DNA of 64,000 bases from contig OZ024755.1 in NCBI GenBank assembly GCA_964016885.1, positions 26,288,001-26,352,000 of the forward strand, written 5' to 3'. Shown one piece after another: positions 36,700 to 49,389 of the stretch. The stretch comes from Eledone cirrhosa (Eukaryota). Numbering within the stretch: position 1 is the stretch's first letter; the number at the start of each line of letters is the position of its first letter. Made by a program: the position numbers and the translations under genes. A model generated the notes under the pieces. It searched no databases and was not told where the DNA came from. It saw only the letters and a program-made list of their open reading frames with translations.

Positions 36700-37290
36700 G
36701 ATATGTTTCTTTATTAGCCACAGGGGCACAAAAGAAGGGGACAAATACAAAGGGGGAAGTTTACATACAATAAAAACGTGTAAAATGTTATCACAAATGC
36801 AATTTAAAAAAGTAGCCGATTTTCCCCAATAGAGGGAGACAGTTTATATGGGTAACACATACCCACGAAAAAATGTGAAACCCTCATCTCCAGGAGTACG
36901 AAGAGTTTGCACTCCTTTCCTCAACCTACAGGCTGATATAGAGAGAAGGCCCATTCACTCGGGCCATTCTCGCCACTTTCACCCACCTTTCATAAAACTT
37001 GCTGGGGTACAGCACCTCTCTCTCCATCCTGATTCTTCTTCCAAAGTGGTATTTGAAAAAAAGAATCAGTTGTTGGCCGGAGAGAAAGGTGTCTGACCTC
37101 AGCCCTTTCAACCTTGTCCACCATACAACCTCTTTCGCCATAGCTATCACACAAAGGAAAACCGCCTCTCCTTCGTTTTTGAAGGAGGGTGGCGGTTTGA
37201 TCATGACAATGAACTCGGTGGTCAACCGGATTGGTCCCACCCGCGACAATAGTCGTTCTACATAGCCCCACAGGTCAGTGACGCTGGGAC
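36700..37290 (-). mobile_element. Tx1/L1-like LINE 3' end
   Basis: PSVTDLWGYVERLLSRVG...MAKEVVWWTRLKG...RIRMEREVL...FYERWV; 3' UTR ends AATAAAG then (TA)n. Confidence 0.75.
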
Positions 37291-38442
37291 TCCTACTTAC
37301 TTATAGTAATAATTACCTTGACACATATGACCTTAGCAACCTGTGCCCTACAAGACCAGCAAGAGGCAGACCACCTACCATTACCTCAATGGCCAAGAAA
37401 ACCCACGCAGATAGATGGAACGCGTGGACCAGAGCCATACGGACCCCCGAAAACCACGATGAACTAAAGAAAATGATTGCACATGCGGTGGGGGCCAGCA
37501 TAAAATTAACCCTTAAGGAACATATGTTCAAATTTAATGGAAAAACATATGCCCAAGAGGAAGGAGCAGCCATTGGTGTTAGCATTGCAGCCGACATAGC
37601 TAACTTATTCATGGCATGGTGGGACAGTAGACTTAAACTTAAACTTAAAGAACAATTAGAAGACCCCTTAACCCTGATAATGTACTCCCGCTACTTTGAT
37701 GATATAAACATCGTAGTTAAAACACCCCCACTAGAGAACAGTCAGGAATTAGAGAAAAACAATGGAAAGCATCCAGCAAATAGCTAACTCCATCCACCAG
37801 AGTATTAGAGTTACTATAGACTACCCAAGTAAACACCCCAACCATCGATTACCTGTACTAGACACAGAGCTCTGGTTAGATCCCATTAATAACAAAAAAC
37901 AAATCCTCCATTCCCATTATGCCAAACCCATGACTTCCAAATATCTGATCCACAGAAACTCAGCTGTTTCGGACCATACCAAAATCAACATACTGATTGC
38001 GGATTTGGTACGGGTGATGAGAAACGTGTCCCGCATGTGCAACCCCGAAAAACTAGAGAAATACATACAACACTTCATCCACCGTAGGCAGTTCTCTGGT
38101 TACAATCAGAGAGATAAAATCAGAGTGTATAGAGGAGCCAGAACCAAATGGGAAAAAATGGTAAATAATGACACAAATGGGACCTGCCCCTTGTATAGGA
38201 GCAACTTTTGGAATAGAATAGAAAGAACTAGGAATAAGGCTAATAGAATAAACTCATGGTATGATAGCAATAAATACCAGAGTGTAATGTTCATCGATAC
38301 AACCCATAGAGGTGAATTAGCTTACAAATTTAGAAGGGCCCTAGATAAACATAAACTCAATATTAAGATAGTAGAAAGACCAGGTACCTCCATAAAAACA
38401 CTTATTAGCAAGACATACCCTTTTCAAAGACCCCCTGTATAA
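37278..38442 (+). pseudogene. PLE reverse transcriptase (frameshift at ~37765-37785)
   Basis: FKFNGKTYAQEEGAAIGVSIAADIANLFM (motif B), YSRYFDDI (motif C), LPVLDTELW, YAKPMTS, FSGYN. Confidence 0.9.
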
Positions 38443-38812
38443 ATAAGAAATGTATAACCTGTAAATTAAGCCCCCATATTAACTGTAAAACTAGAAATGT
38501 AGTATAAGATGTACTGAAGGACAATGTAGAGACAAAAATATAGTGTACATAGGTGAGACAGCTCGTGGTGTAGGGGAACGGATAAATGAACACTGGCGAG
38601 ACCTTCAAGATAGTAAAGAATCATCTGTACTCTACCAACATGCTAAAATAGAACATAAGGGTAAATTAGAGAACATAGAAATAAAAATAGAATCTACACA
38701 CAGAAAAGATGCAATGTTTAGACAAATCACAGAGGCAATAAACATAAAAGAATTACAACCAAAATTAAATAGAAAATATGAGTGGAACAGCAACATCACA
38801 ACTTACAATTAA
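38430..38812 (+). pseudogene. PLE Cys-rich linker and GIY-YIG endonuclease (disrupted)
   Basis: PCINKKCITCK...CKTRNVV*...YIGETARGVGERINEH...RQITEAINIKELQPKLN. Confidence 0.88.
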
Positions 38813-39011
38813 GGACAAAATGAAAACACACACGCACATAGAACAAACAACCAACCTGTAACATGTAAATAAACAAATAAATAAACGAATATAAACACAC
38901 AGACACCCGGATGTGGCGCATGCGCAGACTGAGCACACAACACACACACAGAAACAAGATGGCGTAGGACAGAACAAAGGAGAGGCACAAAAACAAAGAA
39001 AAGAATCCCCA

Positions 39012-39054
39012 GTCACTGAAGAGGTCACAGAATGTGTGACGAAAGAACTTTGAC
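39012..39054 (+). ncRNA. Minimal type I hammerhead ribozyme in the PLE pseudo-LTR
   Basis: GTCA-CTGAAGA-g-GTCACA gaatg TGTGAC-GAAA-G AA C-TT^TGAC. Confidence 0.8.
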
Positions 39055-39200
39055 AATATATAAACAACCATCTGGTTGTGGAACCAACCAACCAACCGGA
39101 AATTTATAAATTTATAAATTTATTATAATAAATTGAAGTGAAAGCAACTGGTGCGTGTGTTTCTTATTGGCAACATGACCCTCCCAAAGTATAACAATAT

Positions 39201-39254
39201 ATATAGATATAGATATATATCTATATAGATATAGATATATATAGATATAGATAT

Positions 39255-39325
<71 letters not shown>

Positions 39326-39388
39326 TATAGATATATATATAGATATAGATATATAGATATAGACATAGATAGATATAGATAGAGATAT
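39201..39388. repeat. (TA)n/(TAGATA)n microsatellite
   Basis: Direct inspection. Confidence 0.95.
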
Positions 39389-39881
39389 GATCTCTCTCAC
39401 CACCAAAATAAAACAATCGATAATTATACTGTTTCATTTGAAGGAGATTCTATATAATTATTCATGACATCCCAACACGCGAGGTTCATATTCAAGAATG
39501 GCTACTTTCCCTTGACAGCTTAGTAAATCTCTACTCATAAACAATCCCTTTTCAGATGATTCTTATTGCTCTATTCTTTCCGACTTTCGACTTCCTCTCT
39601 TGAGAACTATTTCTGTCTTCATCTTACTACTCTTCCATTCTTATATTTCATTCTTTGTTTTTATAGCCATCTCTCTTTTCTCTTTCTTTGTGTCTTTACT
39701 TCTCTTTTTCTTTCTTAGTTAACATCACTTTCTCTTCTACTTCTGATCTCTTCTGTTTATTTCTCACATTCTCTATTTCACCCACATATTTTACTTCTTT
39801 CCTTTCTTTCGAAAATTTATTTCTACGCTTGATGTCTTCCTTTTTTTTCTACTTTTTCATCCATCCATCCATTCCTCGGCC

Positions 39882-39952
39882 TATGTATGTATGTATGTAT
39901 GTATGTATGTATGTATGTATGTATGTATGTATGTATGTATGTATGTATGTAT

Positions 39953-40021
<69 letters not shown>
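39882..40021. repeat. (TATG)n + (CA)n microsatellite
   Basis: Direct inspection. Confidence 0.95.
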
Positions 40022-40025
<4 letters not shown>

Positions 40026-40044
40026 TATATTGCAGACAGAAAAG

Positions 40045-40178
40045 ACTTCTACAGGAGTAGAACTATTTCGTTCGTATGAAATCATCAAGACATTCCTGAT
40101 GATTTAATACAAATGAAACACTTCTAGAAACCATTTCTGTATACATAATAAAGATGTTACTTCCCAACACAAATCGGG

Positions 40179-40212
<34 letters not shown>

Positions 40213-40342
40213 CCCCTCTCTCTCTCTCTGTATGAATATAACGAAGTTTAATATAGGAATGGGTTCTACAGGACTAGAACTGTTTCATTTGTATGAAATA
40301 ATCAGGAATGAAACGGTTGTAGTCCTGTGGAAGCCATTCCTA
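40045..40342. ncRNA. Cluster of degenerate compact hammerheads in inverted pairs
   Basis: Reconstructed consensus TTC-CTGATGA-t TTC atac GAA y-GAAA-CAG ttctagtc CTG-TA^GAA from 40047-40088(-), 40091-40135(+) and hairpin 40254-40342. Confidence 0.6.
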
Positions 40343-40934
40343 AATTAAACAACGTTGTTTTCACTCAACTAATGCATTGAGTACTTTATTTATTGTGGTT
40401 ACCCCCGATTTCACTCGGGATCCACACACACACACACACACACACATATATGTTTATATATATGTATGTGTGTGTATATATATATATAATTAACTAGAAA
40501 GATAGATATAGATATGTATGTTTATGTGCACTGCTTATAATATGAGTGTGTACATGTAAAGAAAAAACTACATTTATACTGTTGTTTATTTAGTTGACTT
40601 ACCATTCTTTTGAACACTTCCTACTCCCCATAGATTACTATAGTTATTTCCACTATTCTCATTGACATCAATTCTAAATTCTAGCTACAAATTACTCTAC
40701 AATTTTTGACCATCCCTACTGATTTCAATTTTAAATGCAATCTTCGTCCACCATTTCTTCCGCTTCTTATTTGCACGTACGTCTAAGCCACTGTGTGTAA
40801 GTTAGAGAGTGATGCCAGGAATAGCGGTTCTTATATGAAACATTCAGTAGTAGATCATGCTCTAGATTTTTCTTTTCTTGTTCTACTAAATAAATATTTA
40901 ATCTGGTAGACTATGGACGACGGATCGGCGGCGT

Positions 40935-40989
<55 letters not shown>

Positions 40990-41037
40990 ACACCCACACA
41001 CACACCTTGCAATCCCATATATATATATATATATATA

Positions 41038-41245
41038 GCGAAGGAAAAGTGGTAAGGAACCAAGTGGACCATAACGCACCAAAGTACTCAATACTTAGGG
41101 TAGTAGAGTGGGTAATAGGAGTAAGTAAGACCCCGACGGCTGAGCTCAAGCCGTTTCGACGGCTAAATTCTGTACTCTAAATTCTGTACAGAATTAGCCG
41201 TCGAAACGGCTTGAGCTCAGCCGTCGGGGTCTTACTTACTCCTAT
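41038..41245 (-). mobile_element. Short fold-back element carrying a hammerhead 3' half, in (TA)n
   Basis: Perfect ~52-bp inverted arms spanning 41115-41245; GAAA(41203)-CGGCT tgagctc AGCCG-TC^GGGG. Confidence 0.8.
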
Positions 41246-42040
41246 ATATATATATATATATTGCCAAAGGTGCTGTACAGAAAGATAGGATCGAACCTGG
41301 AATCACAGGGGTACGAATTAAACTGCCTTACCAGAAAGCTATATCATTCATGTACTATGTAAGTGCATAGGTATGTATGTGTGTATATATGTTTGTATTT
41401 ATATAGATGCGCGTGTGTTTTGTGTGGGTGTGTGTATTGTAGGTTTCGGGTTTTTAGTTCTTCTTCAATGGAATCCTTAGATTTGACAATAACATAATTG
41501 ATCTAGGTTCTGCTGCTGATAATCTGAAGTCAGCTCATGTATTTCTGCTTGAAACCTCCTATGCATTATTTATCTAGATATTATATTTAGATCAGAGGAA
41601 TCACTAAATTTCTATCTATGGCTTCTGTCTTTTGTATCTGTTCAAACTATCGGCTTTAGTATATTCTCCTAATACGGAGCAAAGAATACATTTTTAGGTA
41701 TTTTTACTTGGGATTGATATCTGTTTGGTATTCATTGTTTCTATGGATATTTCCGTGCATTTTCGCTTAAAAGTGTACAAGATTAATGAAAATGTAATAT
41801 ATCTATTCGTATTGTTAAACATTTAATTGTAATTTAGGGTGAAACATTATGTTGTTGGGCATTTAAAAAATGCAATGTTGTTATGGGTTTAGATGTACAG
41901 ACGAGAGAAAATAGTACTGAATAACTTTAATAGATTTTATTCATTTATTCGAAGTTAAAGCTTCATTCTACAACTACACTAACTTTTCCGATAAAGTCTG
42001 ATTAGCGTTGAAACTAAGCCTCAAATTAGAATAAATAAAT

Positions 42041-42076
<36 letters not shown>

Positions 42077-42078
42077 GT

Positions 42079-42114
<36 letters not shown>

Positions 42115-42116
<2 letters not shown>

Positions 42117-42492
42117 AAAAGGCAAACATAAATAACAAAGCAAACGACAGAGTACAATGAAGAAATATATTATTAATTTTACGCTTGATATGGTAGGAAA
42201 AGAGTCTTAAGGTTTCGGACGTTAGTCCTTCATCAGGAAATGAGAAATGAAAGAAGAAATAGAAATATAGGAGACTGGCAGAGGCAGAAACAAAACAAGA
42301 AACATTTAGAGAAGAAAAACAGGTCCATTCATATCGCCATCTCTAAAAAAACTGTTGACTCTGACGTTTTGGGTAAAATAATCTCAGTCCTTGTGGAGAG
42401 GCCTGTGACCCGTGATTTAAAAGCACACCAAGGACTAAGACATGCAGGGAAGAGTAGCATGGGGAACGGAAATGACGAATAACGGGGGCATC
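42115..42492 (-). mobile_element. 5'-truncated PLE 3' end (second family) with degenerate minimal HHR at 42205-42240
   Basis: DAPVIRHFRSPCYSSLHVLVLGVLLNHGSQAS resembles a GIY-YIG C-terminus; TTTC-CTGATGA-A-GGA ctaacg TCC-GAAA-CC-TT-AAGA; microsatellite flanks. Confidence 0.65.
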
Positions 42493-43116
42493 CTATATAT
42501 ATATATATATAGTGAAAAAAGTGTGGTCGTTAGAAAACATTCCATACAGATCACGTTATATAAGGACAATGATAAAAAAGGGGTTTGAAAAGCGCGCCTG
42601 TTATATATATATATAAATCTTTATGACATGTACAAAAATTGATTGTTAGCAAAGCCTGCTTTCTCCGTTTTGGATTATCAAAACATTTGTTATTAGGTTA
42701 AATTGACTTTTCGTTAAAACTGAGTCTCGACCATGTTGGTTTGAGGAGAATCAGTATGCAGGAGTTTTAATGAATAAACAATTTAACCATTTTGCAAGCC
42801 GTTTATCTCAGCGGAAATTAAGACTCGAGCCTGTTCGAACCACAAATTGACATTACATCTTGAGTGTGTAGGCCGAAGTGGCACGCATGTCTGCAACAAG
42901 AAAATATTGACACTTGCATACCTACTCGCTCATGAGTGTACAGAGACGGTGTAGTATAGGCAGGAGCAGTCGCGATTTTATGGTCACCTGCACAACCGCA
43001 TCCTCCGTTGAATTGCCGTTGGTGTTTTGCCATGCTTAAGTATGTCTTCGTGATCGTCAAATCATCTGAACATGGCATTACATCTTAAGACGAAGAAGGG
43101 AAAGGAGTGCAAAAGG

Positions 43117-43481
43117 TGGTTGTAGTCCATAGCGAGTTTGTAACTATCGTACACACACGTATATACGCCCACACGCGTACACACGCGTACCCACGCGTAC
43201 ACACACCCACACGCGTGCACACGCCCACACGCGTGCACACACCCACACGCGTGCACACGCCCACACTCGTGCACACGCCCACACGCGTGCACACGCCCAC
43301 ACGCGTGCACACACACACACAGGCGTACAGACGCACACACGCACACACACACACATATATATTTACATATAAATTATACATACACATAGACACACAGTAA
43401 TTGGTTGTAGTCCAAAGCGAGTTCGTAACTATCGTACACACACGTATGTTCACCCACACGCGTACACACACACACACACAC

Positions 43482-43520
<39 letters not shown>

Positions 43521-43545
43521 TACACATAGAGGCACAGTAATTGGT
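43117..43545. repeat. Tandem duplication (~285 bp) containing an 18-bp CA/CG-rich minisatellite
   Basis: TGGTTGTAGTCCA..GCGAGTT..TAACTATCGTACACACACG at ~43117 and ~43402; unit CACACGCCCACACGCGTG. Confidence 0.85.
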
Positions 43546-43774
43546 TTGGAGAGTCTACAGTTACATGTTAATAAAATAAATACGAGACTGGTCGATGAGA
43601 TCGACTAAACCTTTTATGACATTGCTCAGCACGGCTGCTGTCCGATGATTGAAACTAGTAAAGGAATAAAATAATACGTAAACACATACAGACAGAAGTA
43701 CATACATAATTCTTATTCTTGAATAAACACTGAGTGGCGTGTTACTTTGAAATACTTCTTGTATCTCCAAAACT

Positions 43775-43985
43775 TCCTTCTTCTTCGCCTACTTATTCCT
43801 GAGAGGGTCGCGAGAGAAGGGTCCTCAAACACTCCTTCCAGCGGGCCTTGTCAAAAGCAACCGTCTCTATCTGATCCGGCTGGATCCTCAAACGTGACCA
43901 GCCAAGCTCATGGATGTTATCCAACCATCTTGCTCGGGGTCTACCCTTGGGTCTCCTACCTGTTGGTTTCGCCCTTAAACGCCCA
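43775..43985 (-). mobile_element. RTE-group LINE 3' end with (GAA)n tail
   Basis: AKPTGRRPKGRPRARWLDNI...DKARWKECLRTLLSRPSQE*. Confidence 0.8.
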
Positions 43986-44233
43986 TTAACTGTAATTGCC
44001 TTCTCATTCACCCTGCCTCTAATTACTATATTCACACTTTCACTTCTGCCGGCCATAATGTAATCGTTACTACCCTTAGACGGTGGGATTTAGCCCGAAA
44101 TGTTAGTTTTTTTTTTCGTATTTTGACAACTAAATTTACTGAAGCCTCCAACAAACTCTTACATCTACACTGACTATATCATGTTGGACGTAGAAGAAAA
44201 TATATCTAGTTGACATTTGAGAACTTCAGGAAA

Positions 44234-44417
44234 GGCGGTGGATTGGCAATATCGGTAGAGGGTCGGACGCCATGCTTTCGAGCATAGTTACGTCCCTTTA
44301 CGATCTGAGTTCAAATCCCGCCGAGGCTGACTTTGCCTTTCATCCTTACGGGGTCGATAAAATAAAGTACCAGTAATGCACTGGGTAATTGCTGGCCTTG
44401 TACCTAAAGTGGAAACA
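44234..44417 (+). mobile_element. Young full-length SINE-A with 19-bp TSD
   Basis: TSD ATTTGAGAACTTCAGGAAA at 44215-44233 and 44418-44436; intact A and B boxes. Confidence 0.95.
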
Positions 44418-44553
44418 ATTTGAGAACTTCAGGAAATATCATGTTTCTAGTTTTTTACTTCCAACTAATTTTAATCAACTTGAAAAAATCCTTTCAGTGA
44501 TAGACGAATATAGTGATTGACATATTCGTTGAAACATATTTGATGAAGTCTAA

Positions 44554-45004
44554 TACAAGGGGACTTCAAAAAGTTCGAAAAAAAAGGACAGTTGGAAAAA
44601 CGGTTTGAGTTATGATGTTTAATTTTCAACACATGCTCCAACTATGTCAAAGCAGCTTTTTTTACATCTTCAATTGGGGATCATTTTCAACCACATGTCT
44701 TCCACTTCTAAAATGACATCCATTTGTATGTCGTTGATTTCTTTGGGACATTGTCTCCATAAACTTGCTTCAGAGCGTCAATGATTTTGCTACTCTTCCA
44801 GCATAGCTTCACCATAAATTTGATCTTTTGATGAAGACCACGTTGCACAAGCAGGTACTGACTTCCGACTGGCGGCGCCGCGTTGCAACATGCATTTAAG
44901 GGTTCACGTTAGAACAAGAACATACAGGTGCATTGAAGTCAAAATCCCTGCATATGATTTTTAGCTATGTACTTTTTCCACGAACCTTTTGAAGCACCCT
45001 CGTA
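44554..45004 (-). mobile_element. Internally deleted mariner (irritans/Hsmar2-like) element
   Basis: TIRs TA-CAAGGGGACTTCAAAAAGTTC / GAACCTTTTGAAGCACCCTCG-TA; minus strand IKFMVKLCWKSSKIIDALKQVYGDNVPKKSTTYKW (transposase HTH). Confidence 0.88.
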
Positions 45005-45827
45005 CAAATAACTGTGCAATATCAAACACCGCAACTTATAACTTCAATGTATGTGCTTTACCGACAAATCTCTTGTAATCATAATTACATGTTAAATATT
45101 TTCACTACAATATATTCATCCTGTGTACACATACAAGTATACTCAGAATCATACATATGCATTTGAACATAGTATGATAATTTGAAATAATAATCAAGAG
45201 AAATTATCCGGCCCTTCGGGGCTTACAAATGAAAATTCAAGTTGTTCATATTGTCTAGTTAATTATTTTTCACCCCACTTCACTCTGAGATTAAAAGTCG
45301 AATCAAACAACAAAAGCAAACTAATTTAATAATTTTATTCCGGATGTTTGTCTTTAAAATAAATTGTAGTATTTGTCTTTCAAATCAAGTACTATTGAAT
45401 TACAAGCAGTGAAGTAGATGTACCAATTTTGTGAATACCGTAATATAGAACTTGAATTGTTTTGCCGGAAGAAGTTTGTCAATGATGAAACATTAAACTC
45501 ACGAATAAAATAAAAAAACAGATTTAACTAAAACAAAATATTAGATAATATCCGCGCTTGCAATTGAAATACGATCCTATAATTTCCTACAAAAGACTAA
45601 AAATAGATTTTATTTCATAGTTACTACGCTGTTATTTAAATTATTTATCGTTTATTTCTGAGCTGAGCACAAAAATGTAAAAATCTAAATATAATATAAT
45701 AAAAGGAGGAAGAAAATAGCATTTGGACTATTTTATTTTAAATACTATTGGGGGAAAAACCGAAAACAACGGGAATATTTATTTTCGGTAAAAATTGATT
45801 AAATATATCTCATGTTACACACTAATA

Positions 45828-46125
45828 ACGGTGATCTGGCCGAGTCGTTAGAACATCGGATAGAATCCTTTGCGCGCTCTAATTTCAAATCACGCCAAGG
45901 TCAAATTTGACTTTCATCCTTTTGAGGTTTATAAATAAAGTACCAGTCTACTGCTGGGGACTACTTCTTCTATATCTTTTTCTCACTTTCTCTCTTTCAC
46001 TTTCTCTAGAAGAAATCGGCTGTGTTTAGACCTGGAAGGGGATGGGCTCCACGAGGTTTTTTAAATGTGCAAGAAATGCCTTATGCCACTACGGCGCTCT
46101 TACAACTCAACCAGGAGTTTTGAGC
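45828..46125 (+). mobile_element. SINE-A variant with alternative 3' tail
   Basis: SINE-A head and central domain followed by GAAGAAATCGGCTGTG...GGATGGGCTCC...CAGGAGTT, shared with 51218-51490 and 63385-63680. Confidence 0.7.
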
Positions 46126-47284
46126 CCGACTGTCCATCCGTCCCCCTACAAATCTACCAATTCATTCAGTCATCCAACCAGCAACTTACCCATCCACCCA
46201 TTCATATATATGTACATGTAATACAATAATAAACAGGTAGGTCTCCATACATTTTAGGGTAATCCTGTACTCTTGAGAATAAATAATGATATCTACATAA
46301 AACATAGGCCATAAAGCTCTAGTGTAGTACTGAATAGCTAGAGGTTAGTTTGTCTTCAATTTCGTTCCATAGAGAAGATGTTTTAAAGCGTTTGCTATAT
46401 AATTTTATTTTCAGCATATTTTCAGCTATTTTCAATAATTTTGATAACATAGTCTCAATGGAAAAGTGAATAGAATTGAACAAGTATTCCAAGGGAACGT
46501 GCATTTCTTGACGTAAAGATAAAAATAATATATAAGAAGCTTTTAGGAAATAGAGTTGATAAATGTATAATAAAACATCATTTTCAAAAGGTTTCTCCTC
46601 TAAGACTTCATCTTCCATTCTAACTATCTGGATTTACATCATCTCAAAAATCAAAATGAAACTATTTAAAACAAAATTATGTATTTTATCGTTCTTTATG
46701 TACTTTAAATTGTCTTATAGTTTTCGAAATAACCATCCAAACTCCACAACTAATTAATGATAATATTTTTTACGATAGTTTTCGATATGCGGTTTTGTTA
46801 TATTCTATTTTTTCCTATGCCAACTTATTTAAAATTTAATAAATCATCGGAGTGTTGAGTGAGTTGAAATTCTTAGGAAATTTAGAAAATCTCGAACGTA
46901 GAAAATATCTGTAATTACAGTCGATTGCAATAAATAATATCTAAGAAAAATCGGATAAAATACCCCAATTGACGAATAAAGTGGCCAGCAGTCGCTACAG
47001 AATGTTCTATACTTTGTAACGGCTGCTGTCAGTTTTTCCCGACTGTAGGGGTATTTTACCCGATTTTCTAAACTATCTACTAATATAATAGACTTGTGTA
47101 TTTGTCCGTAACGCAGTAGAGATGAGTGAGGGAGGAAGGAGTGATTACGTTGACCGAGGAAGGACAAACATATCTTTTTTATATTATGTATACATATTAC
47201 AATTAGCTGTCACTTTTGACGGCACGGGGCCAGCTAGTTATTTATGGTAATCGCCTGTAGTTATAGGTATTATCTGTGGTCGAG

Positions 47285-47475
47285 ATTTCACGGGCAAAAC
47301 CAGCCGGCAGGAGACCCAGAGGTAAACCCCGAACAAGATGGTTGAATAACATCTCGCTTGGGGGTCTAGTTGGATCTGTTAGGAACGGTTGCGTGACAGG
47401 ATCTGCTAGAAGGAGTGTTTGATGACTCTTCCGCGACCCTCTCAGGAATAAGTGGGCGAAGAAAAAGAAGAATGA
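47285..47475 (+). mobile_element. RTE-group LINE 3' end (same family as 43775-43985)
   Basis: AKPAGRRPRGKPRTRWLNNI...CGCGACCCTCTCAGGAATAAGTGGGCGAAGAA. Confidence 0.8.
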
Positions 47476-47870
47476 AGTTTTGGAGAAGAGAAGAGATATT
47501 CTACATTTCATAAAACTTAATATTTTAAAGTAATCTGTTTATAATCCTTTTCACATTTCTAAACGATATTATATCCTTAAGTAGGGTTAGTCTCTCCAAC
47601 ACTACACACAAATATAACTACCACGTGTGTGCGTGCTTGCATGCACGTTTATAGAGATTTGCATTTGTATAGAATTATATATTTTTATATTTATGAATGA
47701 GATTTCCAAGTCTGAAATTTACAAACACAAACGCATGTGCACGCATATATAGCCACATGCGCGCATATACACACACATACATACATTGGATGTTTTTAAA
47801 AGTGACGATTAATACTGAGTTACAGCTTTCGGATCGCCAAATAGCTATTTATTTTGTGAAGATATGAAAG

Positions 47871-47901
<31 letters not shown>

Positions 47902-48466
47902 AAACCCCGGGACTTGAGAAACCAGTAAATTCATATACTGTTGTAAATAAAACCCCTGGATCACCCTTTATTGCATTTTCAACCTCGTTTACACACACAC
48001 ACGCGCGCACACGCACGCACACGCGTGTGTGTATGTGTCTGTATACACACAAATACGAAATATATACCTTTCCACTTTCATATTCATATGCAAAAATTCA
48101 GTCACCCACTTATAGACACACGCTCACATAGGTATACATATATATAGTTACATGCATAGAAATACATACATACAAACATAATTGCAATCATACATACATA
48201 AATACAAACATACATGTAAATAAAACGTTAAGAATAGGAAGTAAGGAATTTTAAGCAGCTTATTTACCAAAAACATCTTGCGTGGCGTCAATCTTGGGGA
48301 TCTGGGATTGTTTGTGAAACTAGAAATAATTCTGAAAGATTGAACCTAATGTTAGAACAATTCTCAGATATCTGACCGACGTCGCTCTAAGAACAGTTTG
48401 TGTTGAGACTTCCACTCATTGACATGGTTTCTATATTGGTTTCTAACTGAAGCTTAAGTCTATCAT

Positions 48467-48497
<31 letters not shown>

Positions 48498-48499
<2 letters not shown>

Positions 48500-49110
48500 T
48501 GGATTGGCAGTATCGGTAGAGGGTCGGACGCCATGCTTTTAGGCATAGAGTTATGGCCCTTTACGGTCTGAGTTCAAATCCCGCCGTGGTTAACTTTGCC
48601 TTTCTTCCTTACGGGGTCGATAAAATAAAGTACCAGTCACGCACTGGGTAATTGCTGGCCTTGTGCCTAAAGTAGAAATAATTATTTAGAGAGGCAGTGG
48701 ATTGGCAGTATCGGTAGAGCGTCGGAAACCATACTTTGTAGCATAGAGTTACGGCCCTTTACTGTCTGAGTTCAAAGCCCACCATGATTAACTTTGCCTT
48801 TCATCCTTACGGGTCAATAAAATAAAGTACCAGTAATGCACTGGGGTCGATTTAATCTACTTTCTCTTTCCCCCAAAATTGTTGGCCTTGTGCCTAAATC
48901 AGAAATCATTATTTAGAGAGGCGGGGGATTGGCAATATTGGTAGAGCGTCGGACACTATGCTTTTTGGCATAGTTATGGCCCTTTACGTTCTGAGGTCAA
49001 ACATCACCGAGGTTAGCTTTACTTTTCATCCTTACTGGGGTCAATTTAATCGATTTTACCCTCTCACCCCAATTGTTGGCCTCGTACGAAAATCAGAAAC
49101 TTTAGAGAGG
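48498..49110 (+). mobile_element. Head-to-tail trimer of SINE-A
   Basis: Three copies (~48498, ~48692, ~48918), each followed by TTTAGAGAGGC. Confidence 0.9.
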
Positions 49111-49389
49111 CAGAATGAAATCGTATGATCCTGATATGTTTATTATGGGTGTTGACTGTAAATCAAGTGAATTGACTTCAAACAGGAATTAAAACTAATT
49201 CATGAAAATATTGGTAATTTCTTAACATTAGCATGTATGGTATATATTTATCACTGTCAAATCATGAAAGACTAAAAGGTTTTGATTTGCTTGTGTCACA
49301 TCCATGGAAATAATGTCTGTTAATTGCCGCCCAGGCTTCTTTTTAAAACTATAGTTAATTCTTGTTGGGTAACAATATAGATTTATATT

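Larger units (their letters stand above)
37290..39200 (+). mobile_element. 5'-truncated Penelope-like element (Neptune-type): RT, Cys linker, GIY-YIG, pseudo-LTR with HHR
   Basis: Frameshifted ORF pieces, HHR at 39012-39054, AATAAA, and a 3' extension containing ATG ACC CTC CCA AAG TAT AAC AAT. Confidence 0.9.

Noticed and set aside
40795-40939. TG...CA bounded segment as a solo LTR
   Set aside because: No TSD, no second copy, and no PBS or PPT.
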